Shown: positions 1 to 12,655 of the stretch, in pieces
Numbering within the stretch: the first letter of the stretch is position 1
How the letters are laid out: the number at the start of each line of letters is the position of its first letter
NCBI GenBank assembly: GCA_049322915.1
Contig: JBMOPW010000007.1
Location: forward strand, 244,246 to 308,245
DNA length: 64,000 bases
From: Candidatus Zhuqueibacterota bacterium
GTDB lineage: Bacteria > Zhuqueibacterota > Zhuqueibacteria > Thermofontimicrobiales > Thermofontimicrobiaceae
Reading direction: 5' to 3'
Notes under the pieces: model-generated
Databases searched by the model: none
Seen by the model: the letters and a program-made list of their open reading frames with translations, nothing else
What the model was told of the DNA's origin: nothing
Made by a program: the position numbers and the translations under genes

Positions 1-9
1 AAAAAAATA

Positions 10-38
10 TTGCTATTTAAAAATATATTCTTTATATT
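10..38 (+). promoter_or_regulatory. Putative sigma70 promoter of the str operon
   Basis: TTGCTA-17 bp-TATATT in AT-rich DNA, about 30 bp upstream of rpsL. Confidence 0.5.
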
Positions 39-68
39 TAGCGCTTTGTATAAAAACGGAGATCGACA

Positions 69-443
69 TTGCCAACGATTAATCAATTAATTCGTAAAGG
101 AAGAATCCAGGCTAAGCGAAAAACATCTGCGCCTGCATTAGCGGGTTCGCCACAAAAACGTGGAGTGTGCACGCGCGTTTACACGACGACGCCGAAGAAA
201 CCGAACTCAGCATTGAGAAAAGTAGCCAGAGTTCGATTATCGAATCAGATTGAAGTGACCGCTTACATCCCTGGAGAAGGCCATAACCTTCAGGAACACT
301 CCATCGTACTGATTCGCGGTGGTCGCGTTAAAGACCTCCCTGGTGTACGTTATCATATAATTCGTGGAGTATTAGATACCGCTGGTGTCCAGGACCGATC
401 CCAGGGGCGGTCCAAATACGGTACTAAACGGAAGAAAAGCTAA
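69..443 (+). CDS. rpsL: 30S ribosomal protein S12 (TTG start)
   Basis: [17 protein letters not shown] and GGRVKDLPG motifs. Confidence 0.99.
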   Translation: MPTINQLIRKGRIQAKRKTSAPALAGSPQKRGVCTRVYTTTPKKPNSALRKVARVRLSNQIEVTAYIPGEGHNLQEHSIVLIRGGRVKDLPGVRYHIIRGVLDTAGVQDRSQGRSKYGTKRKKS

Positions 444-476
444 TTTTATTGAGTAATAAAAAATCTGACTAACTCT

Positions 477-947
477 ATGCCAAGAAGAAAAAGAGTAGTA
501 GCTCGAGAAATTTTACCGGATCCTAAGTACAACAGCATCGTCATTACGAAGTTTATTAATGGCTTAATGAGTTGTGGGAAAAAAAGCACGGCAGAGAAAA
601 TTCTGTACGATGCAATTGAAATTATGGAATCGAAATCCGGGAAAAAAGGATTGGATGTCTTTCAGAAAGCCCTGGATAATGTGAAACCAATTCTTGAAGT
701 GAAATCACGACGAGTGGGTGGCGCAACATACCAGGTTCCTGTTGAAGTAAAAGAGAGTCGACGACAGGCTTTGGCAATCAGGTGGATCATTAGTTACGCG
801 AGCGCCCGAAACGAGAAATCGATGGCCGAAAAGCTGGCCTCTGAATTGATTTCTGCATCGAAAAGTGAAGGTCCGTCCATAAAAAAGCGTGAAGATACGC
901 ACAAAATGGCCGAGGCCAACAGGGCATTTGCACACTTTAGATGGTAA
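477..947 (+). CDS. rpsG: 30S ribosomal protein S7
   Basis: [12 protein letters not shown] and [13 protein letters not shown] motifs. Confidence 0.99.
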   Translation: MPRRKRVVAREILPDPKYNSIVITKFINGLMSCGKKSTAEKILYDAIEIMESKSGKKGLDVFQKALDNVKPILEVKSRRVGGATYQVPVEVKESRRQALAIRWIISYASARNEKSMAEKLASELISASKSEGPSIKKREDTHKMAEANRAFAHFRW

Positions 948-1071
948 TCAATTTGCCGTAATCATGTTCATTTTTCGTGTCACCTGAAAAATCAATGGCT
1001 ATTCTTCTCCACTGCTTTAGGGAGGAATAAGGATAAGTTGATTCTCTCTAATTTGTTCGGTGGAGTTTTTT

Positions 1072-3159
1072 ATGTCAAAAAAGGTTCAGCTTGAGCAGAT
1101 ACGCAATATCGGCATAATGGCTCACATTGACGCGGGAAAGACAACATCCACTGAACGGATTCTGTATTACACAGGCAAAGTCCACAGGATCGGAGAAGTG
1201 GATGACGGTACCGCGACAATGGACTGGATGGAGCAGGAGAAAGAGCGCGGAATTACAATCACGGCCGCAGCAATTAGTTGTAGCTGGAAAAAAACTCAAA
1301 TCAATATCATTGATACTCCTGGCCATGTCGATTTTACAGTTGAAGTTGAAAGATCATTACGAGTATTGGATGGCGCAGTTGCCATATTTTGCGCTGTAGG
1401 CGGTGTGGAGCCGCAATCGGAGACTGTCTGGCGACAGGCAGATCGTTACAAAATTCCGAGAATCTCGTTCATTAATAAAATGGATAGAATTGGGGCTGAT
1501 TTTTATAATGCAGTCAATATGATGAAAACTCATCTTGCTGCACGCCCGATTCCAATTCAAATCCCGGCAGGAAGTGGCGACCAGTTTAAGGGCGTCATTG
1601 ATCTCATCAAAATGAAGTTGCTGACATTTGATGCGACCACGCTCGGCGCTCAAATCGAAGTAACTGAAATCCCCGAAGATCACCGCGAAAGTGCAGAAAC
1701 CTATCGGGGGCAATTGATCGAAATCCTGTCAGAATTTGATGATGCAATCATCGAAAAATATATCGATGGTGTCGCCATCGAAGAGAGTGAAATTCACGAT
1801 GCGTTACGCAAGGCAACGCTGAGTGTGAAAGCAACACCTGTTCTTTGTGGTTCGGCTTTTAAAAATAAGGGAATCCAACCCTTATTGGATGCGATCAAAG
1901 ACTATCTGCCCTCGCCTCTGGATGTTCCTCCCATCAAAGGAATTAATCCGAAAACAGGTCGGGAGGAAACGAGGAAAACCTCAGACGAGGAGCACTTCTG
2001 CGCGCTGGCATTCAAAATCGCGGCGGATCAGTTTATCGATAAACTGACCTACATTCGTATCTACTCTGGTGTGATCAAATTGGGGCAGAGTATCTATAAT
2101 GCCAACACTGGCAAGCATGAACGAATCAACCGAATTTTACAAATGTCTTCGAATAAGCGGGAAGATTTAAAAGAAGTCGGTTCAGGAGAAATCGTCGCTG
2201 TTGTTGGATTCAGGATGACCAGAACAGGACATACCTTGTGTGTGGATAAACACCCTATAGTTCTGGAAAGTATGGAATTCCCGGAACCGGTGGTTTCAAT
2301 AGCGATTGAGCCCAAGACAAAAGCTGACCAGGAAAAATTGAATGATTCATTAAATCGACTTTCCGATGAAGATCCGACTTTTATTGTCAAACAGGACGAG
2401 GAGACGGGACAGACAATCATCTCAGGAATGGGGGAGTTGCATCTGGAAATTCTGGTCGATCGGCTGACGCGGGAGTTCCGAGTTCGCGCTAATGTCGGCA
2501 AGCCTCAGGTTGCGTATAAAGAGTCTATCACCAGAGGGGTGCGCGCTGAAGGTCGATTTACGAAGCAGATCGCAGGCAAGAATCAGTATGCAGTGGTGAT
2601 GCTGGAAATTGAGCCAAATGGTGTTGGTAAGGGATTTGAATTTGTGAATCGAGCGACAGAGGATAAGATTCCAAAACTTTATATCGAGCCAATCGCCAGG
2701 GGTGTCAAAGAGGCAATGCTGGGCGGTGTTCTTCTAGGGTATCCGGTGATCGATGTGAAAGCGACGCTTGTCGGTGGGGAATATGTCGAAGAGGAAGCGA
2801 CTGAAGTCGCATTCAAAATTGCAAGTTCCATTGCGTTTCGAAATGCGGCTGAAAAAGCCGGACCCATTCTCCTGGAACCTATCATGAAGGTCGAAATAAC
2901 CGTACCTGAAGAATACCTGGGAGAGGTTGTAAATTTCTTGAATTCGAAACGCGGAAAAATAAAAAACATAGTCGCACGAACGAATCTGCAAGTAGTCAAT
3001 GCGACGGTTCCCCTGAGTCAGATGTTTGGCTACACAACGACGCTGCGGTCGTTAACCCAGGGACGAGCGACACATTCAATGCAATTTCTACATTATGAAC
3101 AGCTTCCTGATGAAATTACAAACCAGATGTTCGCTGGAAGCTATATGACTAGTCACTGA
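1072..3159 (+). CDS. fusA: Elongation factor G (divergent domain IV)
   Basis: AHIDAGKTT, RGITI, DTPGHVDF, NKMD, GMGELHLE; located between rpsG and tuf; ATG 1072 follows GGAG. Confidence 0.97.
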   Translation: MSKKVQLEQIRNIGIMAHIDAGKTTSTERILYYTGKVHRIGEVDDGTATMDWMEQEKERGITITAAAISCSWKKTQINIIDTPGHVDFTVEVERSLRVLDGAVAIFCAVGGVEPQSETVWRQADRYKIPRISFINKMDRIGADFYNAVNMMKTHLAARPIPIQIPAGSGDQFKGVIDLIKMKLLTFDATTLGAQIEVTEIPEDHRESAETYRGQLIEILSEFDDAIIEKYIDGVAIEESEIHDALRKATLSVKATPVLCGSAFKNKGIQPLLDAIKDYLPSPLDVPPIKGINPKTGREETRKTSDEEHFCALAFKIAADQFIDKLTYIRIYSGVIKLGQSIYNANTGKHERINRILQMSSNKREDLKEVGSGEIVAVVGFRMTRTGHTLCVDKHPIVLESMEFPEPVVSIAIEPKTKADQEKLNDSLNRLSDEDPTFIVKQDEETGQTIISGMGELHLEILVDRLTREFRVRANVGKPQVAYKESITRGVRAEGRFTKQIAGKNQYAVVMLEIEPNGVGKGFEFVNRATEDKIPKLYIEPIARGVKEAMLGGVLLGYPVIDVKATLVGGEYVEEEATEVAFKIASSIAFRNAAEKAGPILLEPIMKVEITVPEEYLGEVVNFLNSKRGKIKNIVARTNLQVVNATVPLSQMFGYTTTLRSLTQGRATHSMQFLHYEQLPDEITNQMFAGSYMTSH

Positions 3160-3201
3160 AAATAGAATTAAAAAAGGCCCAAATGACGGAGGTACGAAAT
3201 C

Positions 3202-4404
<1,203 letters not shown>

Positions 4405-4463
4405 TACGAACGACTAATTTAATCATACGTTTTGAAAGCAACTGTTAATGCTGGAGTTTTAGA

Positions 4464-4772
4464 ATGGCTGGACAAAAAATTCGCATAAAATTGAAAGCCT
4501 ATGATCATCGATTGATTGATAAGTCCACTGATAAAATCATTAAAACGGCAAAAGCAACCGGCGCAAATATTTCGGGTCCAATACCATTACCAACCCGAAG
4601 AAGTATTTACACGGTATTGCGTTCGCCGCATGTGGATAAAAAATCACGCGAACAGTTTGAGACGCGAATTCATAAGCGATTGATTGACATACTCAATTCG
4701 AATCCGAAAACTGTGGATGCGCTGATGAAATTGGAATTACCGGCTGGGGTTGATGTAGAAATCAAAGTATGA
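4464..4772 (+). CDS. rpsJ: 30S ribosomal protein S10
   Basis: [11 protein letters not shown] and [13 protein letters not shown] motifs. Confidence 0.99.
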   Translation: MAGQKIRIKLKAYDHRLIDKSTDKIIKTAKATGANISGPIPLPTRRSIYTVLRSPHVDKKSREQFETRIHKRLIDILNSNPKTVDALMKLELPAGVDVEIKV

Positions 4773-4885
4773 TCGCTCGACGCTATTATGTTAGAATTTA
4801 GTCGGCCATTTACTAATTCGAGGGAAAACAAACTCGAACGATTTCCCAAAAGTAAGTTCTGAATAAAAAAAATGATGAAGAGAAA

Positions 4886-5518
4886 ATGAACGGTTTAATA
4901 GGCAAGAAATTGGGAATGACCAGGCTGTTTGATGAGACTGGGCATAATACTGTCGTCACAATAATTGAAGCTGGCCCATGCTATGTGACTGAAATCAGAA
5001 CCAAAGATAAACATGGGTATAATGCGATTCAGTTGGGATTTGAAGAGAAACGCGAGAAAGTCGTTGCAAAGCCCCAGTTGGGTCATTTTAAAAAAGCGGG
5101 TGTAAATGCCATGCGCGTCATCAGAGAGTTTCGCGGATCGGCATCCGATGTATCGCTGAAGTTAGGCTCCGAGGTGAAGGTTGATATTTTTGCTCAGGGC
5201 GAGTCGGTTCGAATCACCGGTGTTTCGAAAGGAAAAGGATTCGCCGGCGTTATTCGACGCCACAATTTTAGCGGTGGACCGCGAACTCACGGACAGAGCG
5301 ATAGGCATCGCGCGCCAGGTTCGATTGGCTCTTCTTCCTATCCATCTCGAGTCTATAAAGGAACGCGAATGGCCGGTCGATTGGGAGGGAATCACGTGAC
5401 CATGAAAAGCGTGAAAGTCGTAAAAGTCGACAGCGAGAGAAATTTGTTATTGGTACGAGGATCCGTTCCCGGTTCTGTGAAGAGCATTGTTTTTATAAAA
5501 AAACAGGCACAGTCGTAG
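4886..5518 (+). CDS. rplC: 50S ribosomal protein L3
   Basis: GKKLGMT, SKGKGFAG, RAPGSIG motifs; S10 operon order. Confidence 0.98.
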   Translation: MNGLIGKKLGMTRLFDETGHNTVVTIIEAGPCYVTEIRTKDKHGYNAIQLGFEEKREKVVAKPQLGHFKKAGVNAMRVIREFRGSASDVSLKLGSEVKVDIFAQGESVRITGVSKGKGFAGVIRRHNFSGGPRTHGQSDRHRAPGSIGSSSYPSRVYKGTRMAGRLGGNHVTMKSVKVVKVDSERNLLLVRGSVPGSVKSIVFIKKQAQS

Positions 5519-5547
5519 AAACTTTTTAGCATAAATGGAATTAGACA

Positions 5548-6177
5548 ATGGAACTAGAAGTATTTAAAATTGATGGCGTTTCTTCAGGAAAATCCGTCGA
5601 GCTTCCCAAAGAAGTTTTCGATATTGAGCCGAACGATCACTTAATCTATCAAGATGTTCGTTGTTATATGACGAATAAACGGCAAGGCAATGTGGCGACT
5701 AAAAACCGCGCATTGGTCAGTGGTGGTGGAAAGAAACCCTGGCGGCAAAAAGGGAGAGGCACGGCGCGTTCTGGAAGTAGTCGTTCCCCCATTTGGGTCG
5801 GTGGTGGACGCGTTTTTGGCCCTGAACCCCGCTATTTCAATATGACGATAACCAAGAAAATGAGACGCCTTGCAAAAAGCTCTGCTTATACGTACAAGGC
5901 TCGGCAGGAAGAAGTGGTGCTGGTTGAGGACTTCAGCATTGAAAGCGCCAAAACAAAAGAGATGTTTCAGATTTTGAAAAATCTAAAAATCAATGAGAAA
6001 AAAGTACTTCTGCTCACCACGGTTCATGACTCAACGACGCTGCGAGCTGGTAATAACATTCCGAACCTGATCATTCGTCAGGCGACAGATGCATCGACAT
6101 ATGATATTCTAAACTGTAATGTGCTCTTGATTCAACAAAACGCACTTGAAAAAATTTCAGAGGTTTGTGTTCTATGA
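5548..6177 (+). CDS. rplD: 50S ribosomal protein L4
   Basis: GGGKKPWRQKG-G-AR and GGGRVFGP motifs. Confidence 0.98.
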   Translation: MELEVFKIDGVSSGKSVELPKEVFDIEPNDHLIYQDVRCYMTNKRQGNVATKNRALVSGGGKKPWRQKGRGTARSGSSRSPIWVGGGRVFGPEPRYFNMTITKKMRRLAKSSAYTYKARQEEVVLVEDFSIESAKTKEMFQILKNLKINEKKVLLLTTVHDSTTLRAGNNIPNLIIRQATDASTYDILNCNVLLIQQNALEKISEVCVL

Positions 6178-6476
6178 TTAAAGGACAGAATATATTGCTT
6201 CGTCCCATCCTGACAGAGAAGATACTGAAGCTTCAGGAAAAAGTTGGGAAGTATGCCTTCAAAGTTCATAAAGATGCTAATAAAATCGAAGTAAAAAAGG
6301 CAGTGCAGGATCGCTTTGACGTGACAGTGGAAAATGTTCGCATCCTGAATGTGAAAGGAAAGTCGAAGCAACGAAATACTCGACGTGGCATTACCCGCGG
6401 TAAACGCGCTGACTGGAAAAAAGCGATCGTCACGTTGCGCGAAGGCGATACAATTAATTACTTTGAAGGTGCTTAA
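6174..6476 (+). CDS. rplW: 50S ribosomal protein L23
   Basis: PILTEK, ANKIEVK, WKKAIVTL motifs; ATGA overlap with the rplD stop. Confidence 0.97.
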   Translation: MIKGQNILLRPILTEKILKLQEKVGKYAFKVHKDANKIEVKKAVQDRFDVTVENVRILNVKGKSKQRNTRRGITRGKRADWKKAIVTLREGDTINYFEGA

Positions 6477-6511
6477 TCAGATTTTAGTGTTTATGGTTGT
6501 GGAGAATTGAA

Positions 6512-7342
6512 ATGCCAGTAAAATCATTTAAACCAACGACTCCTTCGTTGCGGTTCAAGACGATCTCTACTTTTGAAGAAGTGACCAAAAGCAAACCGGA
6601 GAGGTCGCTGATTGTGTCGCATAAGAAGACCGGAGGACGAAATAATTTAGGTCGGGTGACCTGTCGCCATCGTGGCGGCGGACATAAACGCGCTTACCGA
6701 ATTATCGATTTCAAGAGAAACAAGTACGATATCCCGGCGCGCGTCGCTGCCATTGAATATGATCCGAATCGCTCATCGCGAATTGCATTGCTGAATTATG
6801 CCGATGGTGAGAAGCGTTACATCCTGGCCCCGGTCGGATTGAAAGTTGATGACTCGATTATTTCGAGTGAACGAACAGAAATAAAAGTTGGCAATCACTT
6901 GCCGCTCAAAAACATTCCGCTGGGCTCGACCATTCATAATATCGAGATGAAGATAGGTAAGGGAGGCCAGTTAGCGCGCAGCGCCGGGTCCTACGCTCAG
7001 TTAGTTGCCAAAGAAGGTAGGTACGCGCAGATCAAACTGCCGTCTGGTGAAGTACGAATGATATTGCTGAACTGCCGGGCGACGCTGGGACAGGTGGGCA
7101 ACACCGAATATGAAAACATCAATATCGGCAAAGCAGGAAAAAGCCGATGGTTGGGCAGACGACCGAAAGTTCGCGGTGTGGCGATGAATCCTATCGACCA
7201 TCCCATGGGCGGTGGTGAAGGAAAATCCTCTGGTGGTCGGCATCCGTGTTCGCCATGGGGGCAATTGTCCAAAGGAAAAAAGACGCGCGGGAAGAAGAAG
7301 AGTTCTGATTCTTTAATAATTAAAAAACGAAAGACAAAATAG
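6512..7342 (+). CDS. rplB: 50S ribosomal protein L2
   Basis: [29 protein letters not shown] motifs; ATG 6512 follows GGAG. Confidence 0.99.
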   Translation: MPVKSFKPTTPSLRFKTISTFEEVTKSKPERSLIVSHKKTGGRNNLGRVTCRHRGGGHKRAYRIIDFKRNKYDIPARVAAIEYDPNRSSRIALLNYADGEKRYILAPVGLKVDDSIISSERTEIKVGNHLPLKNIPLGSTIHNIEMKIGKGGQLARSAGSYAQLVAKEGRYAQIKLPSGEVRMILLNCRATLGQVGNTEYENINIGKAGKSRWLGRRPKVRGVAMNPIDHPMGGGEGKSSGGRHPCSPWGQLSKGKKTRGKKKSSDSLIIKKRKTK

Positions 7343-7353
7343 GTTAAGAAATT

Positions 7354-7638
7354 ATGGCAAGATCAGTTAAAAAGGGCCCGTATATTGATGAAAAACTATT
7401 CACAAAAATTACGGCGCTGAATGACACGAATCAGAAAAAAGTCATCAAAACCTGGGCAAGACGATCGACAATAACGCCGGACTTTGTTGGTCATACACTG
7501 GCAATTCATAATGGTAATAAATTTATCCCGGTTTTCATTTCCGAAAACATGGTAGGGCATAAATTGGGAGAGTTTGCATTAACCAGGACTTTTCGTGGTC
7601 ATGCTGGCAAAGGTGACAAGAAGACCAAAGTGAAGTAA
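7354..7638 (+). CDS. rpsS: 30S ribosomal protein S19
   Basis: RSVKKGP and MVGHKLGEF motifs. Confidence 0.99.
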   Translation: MARSVKKGPYIDEKLFTKITALNDTNQKKVIKTWARRSTITPDFVGHTLAIHNGNKFIPVFISENMVGHKLGEFALTRTFRGHAGKGDKKTKVK

Positions 7639-7688
7639 AAACGAGAAATCTGGAAATAAGAAATCATTGCCCTTAATGGAGAATTGTG

Positions 7689-8042
7689 ATGGAATCGAAA
7701 GCGGTAGCAAAATATATTCACATGTCCCCTCAGAAAATACGGCGGGTAGCCGATTTGATTCGCGGGAAAAACGTCGTTCAAGCGTTGGACATCCTGCATT
7801 TCACCCGAAAATCAGCCTGTCTCCCACTGGAAAAGACGTTGCGTTCAGCCATTTCCAATATATTGAATCTGGAGGGGAGTTCAAAAGTTGATCCTGATGG
7901 ATTGTTTGTGAAAGAAGTACGGATTGATGGCGGCGTCACATTGCGCAGGTTTCGTGCTGCTTCGATGGGGCGTGCGGTGAGAATTCGTAAACGTACCAGT
8001 CATGTCACCATTAAAGTTGCAGAGTTGGTGGACAAAGCTTAG
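7689..8042 (+). CDS. rplV: 50S ribosomal protein L22
   Basis: SPQKIRRVADLIRG and GRA-IRKRTSH motifs. Confidence 0.98.
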   Translation: MESKAVAKYIHMSPQKIRRVADLIRGKNVVQALDILHFTRKSACLPLEKTLRSAISNILNLEGSSKVDPDGLFVKEVRIDGGVTLRRFRAASMGRAVRIRKRTSHVTIKVAELVDKA

Positions 8043-8057
8043 AATGAGGAGGAGCAT

Positions 8058-8693
8058 TTGGGACAGAAAGTAAATCCCGTTGGTCTTAGATTAGGCATCA
8101 ATCGAACCTGGGATTCAAACTGGTTTGATGAGAGAAATTTCGCTGAGAAATTGAGTGAAGATCTTAAGATCAGAAAGTATGTGCGAGCGCGCCTGGAGCA
8201 TGCAGGAATTTCGACAATTGGTATCGAACGAACAGCGAAAAAAATCACTCTGACCATTTATACAGCCAGACCAGGCATCGTCATCGGACGAAAAGGGGCC
8301 GAAGTTGATAAGCTGAAAGTTGAATTGCAGCGTATCACAAATAAGGATGTTCAGTTGAATATCGAAGAGATCAAGCGCCCTGAGTTGGATGCCTATTTAG
8401 TTGCCCGCAATGTTGCCAACCAATTGGAGTCAAAAATAAGTTTCAGACGGGCGATGAAGAAAGCCATTATGTCGTCCATGAGAATGGGAGCGGAAGGCGT
8501 GAAAATTTGTTGTGCCGGTCGACTTGGCGGTGCTGAAATGGCCAGAACGGAACAGTACAAAGAAGGACGTATCCCGCTTCATACTTTGCGAGCGAATATC
8601 GATTACGCCAACACAGTAGCAAAAACATCCTATGGTATCATTGGTGTAAAGGTGTGGATTTGTAAAGGCGAAAAATTCGATACGTCGAATTAA
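8058..8693 (+). CDS. rpsC: 30S ribosomal protein S3 (TTG start)
   Basis: [29 protein letters not shown] motifs. Confidence 0.99.
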   Translation: MGQKVNPVGLRLGINRTWDSNWFDERNFAEKLSEDLKIRKYVRARLEHAGISTIGIERTAKKITLTIYTARPGIVIGRKGAEVDKLKVELQRITNKDVQLNIEEIKRPELDAYLVARNVANQLESKISFRRAMKKAIMSSMRMGAEGVKICCAGRLGGAEMARTEQYKEGRIPLHTLRANIDYANTVAKTSYGIIGVKVWICKGEKFDTSN

Positions 8694-8719
8694 CGGTTTT
8701 TTGCTGGAGAAGAATGACT

Positions 8720-9139
8720 ATGTTAATGCCGAAGAGAACAAAATATCGTAAACAACAACGCGGTCGGATGCGGGGGAAAGCCTTCCGTGGCTCGAAAGTA
8801 TTGTTCGGTGAATACGGTTTAAAAGCATTGGAACCGGCCTGGATCACCAGCCGACAGATAGAGGCCGCCAGAATTGCCATGACGCGCTATATCAAGCGCG
8901 GCGGGCGCGTATGGATTCGCATTTTCCCGGACAAACCTGTAACAGCTAAACCCGCTGAAACTCGAATGGGAAAAGGAAAAGGCGCACCGGAATTTTGGGT
9001 CGCAGTAGTAAAACCGGGTCGAATAATGTTTGAAATTGAAGGTGTCACACTTGATCAGGCGCAGGAAGCAATTCGTTTGGCTTCGCACAAGCTGCCAATA
9101 AAGACTAAATTTGTATCGAGATCTGATTTTGGAGTATAA
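8720..9139 (+). CDS. rplP: 50S ribosomal protein L16
   Basis: [14 protein letters not shown] and RMGKGKG motifs. Confidence 0.99.
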   Translation: MLMPKRTKYRKQQRGRMRGKAFRGSKVLFGEYGLKALEPAWITSRQIEAARIAMTRYIKRGGRVWIRIFPDKPVTAKPAETRMGKGKGAPEFWVAVVKPGRIMFEIEGVTLDQAQEAIRLASHKLPIKTKFVSRSDFGV

Positions 9140-9142
9140 ATC

Positions 9143-9352
9143 ATGAAAGTCGATGAGATCGTTCAGCTATCGGAGGCGGAAATAAAACAGCGCCTTGAAG
9201 ATACACAGGAAGAGTTGGAAAATTTGAAATTTCAGCATGCAACCCATCGGTTAGATAACCCACTTCGCCTTCGCATGTTGCGCAAAGATATCGCCCGGCT
9301 GAAGACAGTGCTGCATGAATTTCAATTGGGAATTAGAAAGTCTCGAAGTTAA
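9143..9352 (+). CDS. rpmC: 50S ribosomal protein L29
   Basis: [18 protein letters not shown] motif; operon position. Confidence 0.96.
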   Translation: MKVDEIVQLSEAEIKQRLEDTQEELENLKFQHATHRLDNPLRLRMLRKDIARLKTVLHEFQLGIRKSRS

Positions 9353-9378
9353 ACATTTTTTATTCGGAGATAAAATCT

Positions 9379-9636
9379 ATGACTACGCGAGGAAATCGCA
9401 AGGTTAAAATCGGTCATGTTTTAAGTGACAAAATGAGCAAGAGTCGTGTCGTTATCGTTGAACGCTTAGTTCGACATGCTCTGTACGGGAAATTCATAAA
9501 AAAGACGAGCAAATTCATGGCTCATGACGAGACCAATGATAGCCATGTGGGCGACACTGTGATGATCATGGAAACCCGTCCCCTGAGCCGTAGGAAACGA
9601 TGGCGATTGGTTGAAATAATCGAAAGAGCTAAATAA
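9379..9636 (+). CDS. rpsQ: 30S ribosomal protein S17
   Basis: SDKM, AHDE, ETRPLS-KRW motifs. Confidence 0.98.
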   Translation: MTTRGNRKVKIGHVLSDKMSKSRVVIVERLVRHALYGKFIKKTSKFMAHDETNDSHVGDTVMIMETRPLSRRKRWRLVEIIERAK

Positions 9637-9688
9637 TAATCACACGATCAGTACGGATGATAGAATTTTAAGGAGCATTAGTTTAGCG

Positions 9689-10057
9689 ATGATTCAGGAA
9701 TATACAAGATTGAATGTGGCTGACAATACCGGTGCTAAGAAAGTGATGTGCATACGAGTTATGGGCAGCTCGAAACGACGGTATGCACGCGTTGGCGATA
9801 TTATCGTAGTCAGTGTGAAATCGGCCATCCCCGGCGGCTCTGTGAAAAAAGGCGATGTCAGCAAGGCAGTTGTCGTGCGTACGAAAAAAGAAATCGGACG
9901 TAATGACGGCACCTATATTCGTTTCGATGAAAATGCTGCAGTGCTGATCAATGAACAAAAGGAACCAAAAGGGACGCGCATTTTCGGGCCGGTGGCCAGG
10001 GAATTGCGCGAGCAACAATTCATGAAAATCGTATCATTGGCACCAGAAGTGTTATAA
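9689..10057 (+). CDS. rplN: 50S ribosomal protein L14
   Basis: [27 protein letters not shown] motifs. Confidence 0.99.
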   Translation: MIQEYTRLNVADNTGAKKVMCIRVMGSSKRRYARVGDIIVVSVKSAIPGGSVKKGDVSKAVVVRTKKEIGRNDGTYIRFDENAAVLINEQKEPKGTRIFGPVARELREQQFMKIVSLAPEVL

Positions 10058-10075
10058 AAATTTGGTGGAGTAATC

Positions 10076-10411
10076 ATGCATATTAAGAAAGACGACATTA
10101 TCCAGGTTATATCCGGCGATGATAAGGGAAAACAGGGGCGAGTCCTCAAAGTTTACCCGGAGAAGGGGCAAATCATTGTTGAAGGTGTGAACTTTGTCAA
10201 ACATCACACCCGGCCGAATCAGAAAATGCCTCAGGGAGGGATCATCGAGAGAGAGGCGCCCATAAATGCGTCCAAAGCGATGGTGTTATGCCCCAAATGC
10301 AATAGTTTAACCAAGACCGGAATGAAAGCAGTCAAAGACGAATCCAAACAGAGTACAAAGAGATTTCGTTACTGCAAGAAATGCGGTGAAATGCTGGTTC
10401 CCAAATCGTAG
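10076..10411 (+). CDS. rplX: 50S ribosomal protein L24 (with CxxC/CxxC zinc ribbon)
   Basis: KOW motif [19 protein letters not shown] and CKKC. Confidence 0.97.
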   Translation: MHIKKDDIIQVISGDDKGKQGRVLKVYPEKGQIIVEGVNFVKHHTRPNQKMPQGGIIEREAPINASKAMVLCPKCNSLTKTGMKAVKDESKQSTKRFRYCKKCGEMLVPKS

Positions 10412-10446
10412 CAATCATAATTTAATTTAGTCAGATAGGCATAAAA

Positions 10447-11016
10447 ATGGAATACTTTCCTAATTTATTGAAATCGTATCGCGAAGAAATTATTCCCCAC
10501 CTCACAAAAAAATTTAGTTATAAAAATGTCATGCAGGTTCCTCGCCTGGAAAAAATAGTCATTAATATGGGGATAGGCGAAGCCATTGAAAACAGCAAGA
10601 TGTTGGAGACGGCTGTGGAAGAGCTGACGGTAATTTCAGGACAGCGTCCCTCCATCACCAAAGCTAAAAAAGCGATCTCAAATTTTAAACTGCGAGCCGG
10701 CATGCCGATCGGCTGTTTTGTGACACTTCGCGGATGGCGCATGTATGAATTTTTAGAACGACTGATAACTATTGCCATCCCACGAGTTCGCGATTTTCGC
10801 GGTCTTTCTGATCGTTCGATGGATGGCCGGGGAAATTATAATCTGGGATTGAAGGAACAGATTGTGTTTCCAGAAATCGACTATGATAAAATTGAAAAAA
10901 TAAGAGGGATGAATATTACTATTGTGACCACAGCCAAGTCCGATGAAGAGGGGAAAGAACTGTTGGCGCAATTTGGAATGCCTTTTGTTAAACGAAGTGA
11001 TGAACAAATTCAATAA
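10447..11016 (+). CDS. rplE: 50S ribosomal protein L5
   Basis: [26 protein letters not shown] motifs. Confidence 0.99.
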   Translation: MEYFPNLLKSYREEIIPHLTKKFSYKNVMQVPRLEKIVINMGIGEAIENSKMLETAVEELTVISGQRPSITKAKKAISNFKLRAGMPIGCFVTLRGWRMYEFLERLITIAIPRVRDFRGLSDRSMDGRGNYNLGLKEQIVFPEIDYDKIEKIRGMNITIVTTAKSDEEGKELLAQFGMPFVKRSDEQIQ

Positions 11017-11036
11017 TTATTGAAGGAGATGTCAGC

Positions 11037-11222
11037 TTGGCAAAGAAAGCGCTCATAGCAAAGGCCAAAAGCAAGAAAAAGTACCAGGTAAGAGATTACA
11101 ACCGGTGCTCCCGATGCGGACGTCCTCGTGGGTACTATCGAAAATTTGGATTGTGCCGTATTTGTTTTAGAGAATTAGCACTTGAAGGGCAAATTCCTGG
11201 TGTTGTAAAATCGAGTTGGTAA
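11037..11222 (+). CDS. rpsN: 30S ribosomal protein S14, zinc-binding type Z (TTG start)
   Basis: 61 aa; CSRCGRPR and LCRICFR motifs. Confidence 0.98.
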   Translation: MAKKALIAKAKSKKKYQVRDYNRCSRCGRPRGYYRKFGLCRICFRELALEGQIPGVVKSSW

Positions 11223-11254
11223 TTTGAATCATAAAATTAATGGAGAATGAATCA

Positions 11255-11653
11255 ATGTCAATGACTGATCCAGTTGCCGATTATTTAACCAGGATTCGTA
11301 ATGCGATTTCGGCAAAACACGCGAAAGTCGATATCCCTTTTTCACGCCTGAAAGAGGAGATAACCAGGCTTTTATTGGATTATCGATATATAAAAAGTTA
11401 TATCAAAATTGACGATGGCAAACAAGGTCTTATTCGGATTTATCTGAAATACGATGAGAATGAAAAGAGCGTCATCAGTGAATTGAGAAAAGTGAGCAAG
11501 CCAGGACTGCGGCAATATGTGAAAGCCAGTGAGGTACCCCGCGTTTTGAATAATCTTGGTATTGCTGTCCTTTCCACATCAAAAGGTGTTGTGACAGATA
11601 GAGAAGCCCGCCAACATAATGTGGGCGGTGAAGTTTTGTGCTATATCTGGTAA
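11255..11653 (+). CDS. rpsH: 30S ribosomal protein S8
   Basis: MTDPVADYLTRIRN, SKPGLR, VGGEVLC motifs. Confidence 0.99.
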   Translation: MSMTDPVADYLTRIRNAISAKHAKVDIPFSRLKEEITRLLLDYRYIKSYIKIDDGKQGLIRIYLKYDENEKSVISELRKVSKPGLRQYVKASEVPRVLNNLGIAVLSTSKGVVTDREARQHNVGGEVLCYIW

Positions 11654-11677
11654 CAAACAAGTATAAGGAGTATAAAA

Positions 11678-12220
11678 TTGTCACGAGTTGGGAAAAAACC
11701 GATTAACATCCCGCAGGGTGTTGATATTAAAATCGAACATAACGTGATTCAAGTTTCCAAAGGTCAATTTGTGTTGGAACAAGAATTCGACACAGCGATT
11801 ACGGTTGAATACAACGCGGAAAGCAAGAGCGTCCAGGTAAGCCGACCCACAAACAATAAAAACCATCGCGCCCTTCATGGATTATATCGTTCCTTGATTC
11901 AGAATATGGTGGATGGGGTTACAAAGGGGTTTGAGAAAAAATTGCAAATCGTTGGCGTTGGATATCGCGCAGAACTCAAGGGAAAAAATTTGCAATTAGC
12001 GTTGGGATATTCCCATCCAATCTTGTTCAAACCGCCCAGTGGGATTGAGATTAAGTTGGAAAATCCCACAACCATCGTAATTAAAGGAATTGACAAGCAG
12101 CTCGTCGGCCAGGTTTCCGCTAAAATTCGTTCGTTCCGACCTCCTGAACCCTACAAGGGCAAGGGAATCAAATACGACAGCGAACATATCCGACGTAAGG
12201 CTGGAAAGACCGCTGGTTAA
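11678..12220 (+). CDS. rplF: 50S ribosomal protein L6 (TTG start)
   Basis: SRVGK, GVGYRA, PEPYKGKG motifs. Confidence 0.99.
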   Translation: MSRVGKKPINIPQGVDIKIEHNVIQVSKGQFVLEQEFDTAITVEYNAESKSVQVSRPTNNKNHRALHGLYRSLIQNMVDGVTKGFEKKLQIVGVGYRAELKGKNLQLALGYSHPILFKPPSGIEIKLENPTTIVIKGIDKQLVGQVSAKIRSFRPPEPYKGKGIKYDSEHIRRKAGKTAG

Positions 12221-12259
12221 AAGTTTGAATGAATTTAATTATAAAGGGACGTGTGCTTT

Positions 12260-12634
12260 ATGAGCAGCAAAGGAATAAAAAAACTGGTAGTTCGAATCCG
12301 AAAGAAAAAGAGCATTCGGAAAAAAATTCATGGCACTCCGCAACGCCCTCGTCTGGTTGTGTTTAAAAGTTTGAACCACATTTATGCGCAGTTAGTTGAC
12401 GATTCGAACCAGAAGACGATAACTGGCGTATCGAGCCTGACCAAAGAGCTCAAAGAGAAAGTTGAGAAAGCCAAGACGAATATTGAAGTTGCAGGGCTGG
12501 TCGGTGAAGGTATCGCTAAGAAAGCTCTGGAGATGAAATTTGAGAATGTCGTCTTCGATCGTAATGGTTATTTGTACCACGGTCGTGTCAAAGCCGTTGC
12601 AGAAGGCGCGCGTAAAGGCGGACTGAAATTTTAA
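12260..12634 (+). CDS. rplR: 50S ribosomal protein L18
   Basis: RPRL, VVFDRNGYLYHGRV motifs. Confidence 0.98.
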   Translation: MSSKGIKKLVVRIRKKKSIRKKIHGTPQRPRLVVFKSLNHIYAQLVDDSNQKTITGVSSLTKELKEKVEKAKTNIEVAGLVGEGIAKKALEMKFENVVFDRNGYLYHGRVKAVAEGARKGGLKF

Positions 12635-12655
12635 CGATAAAGTTGGAGAAAACCT

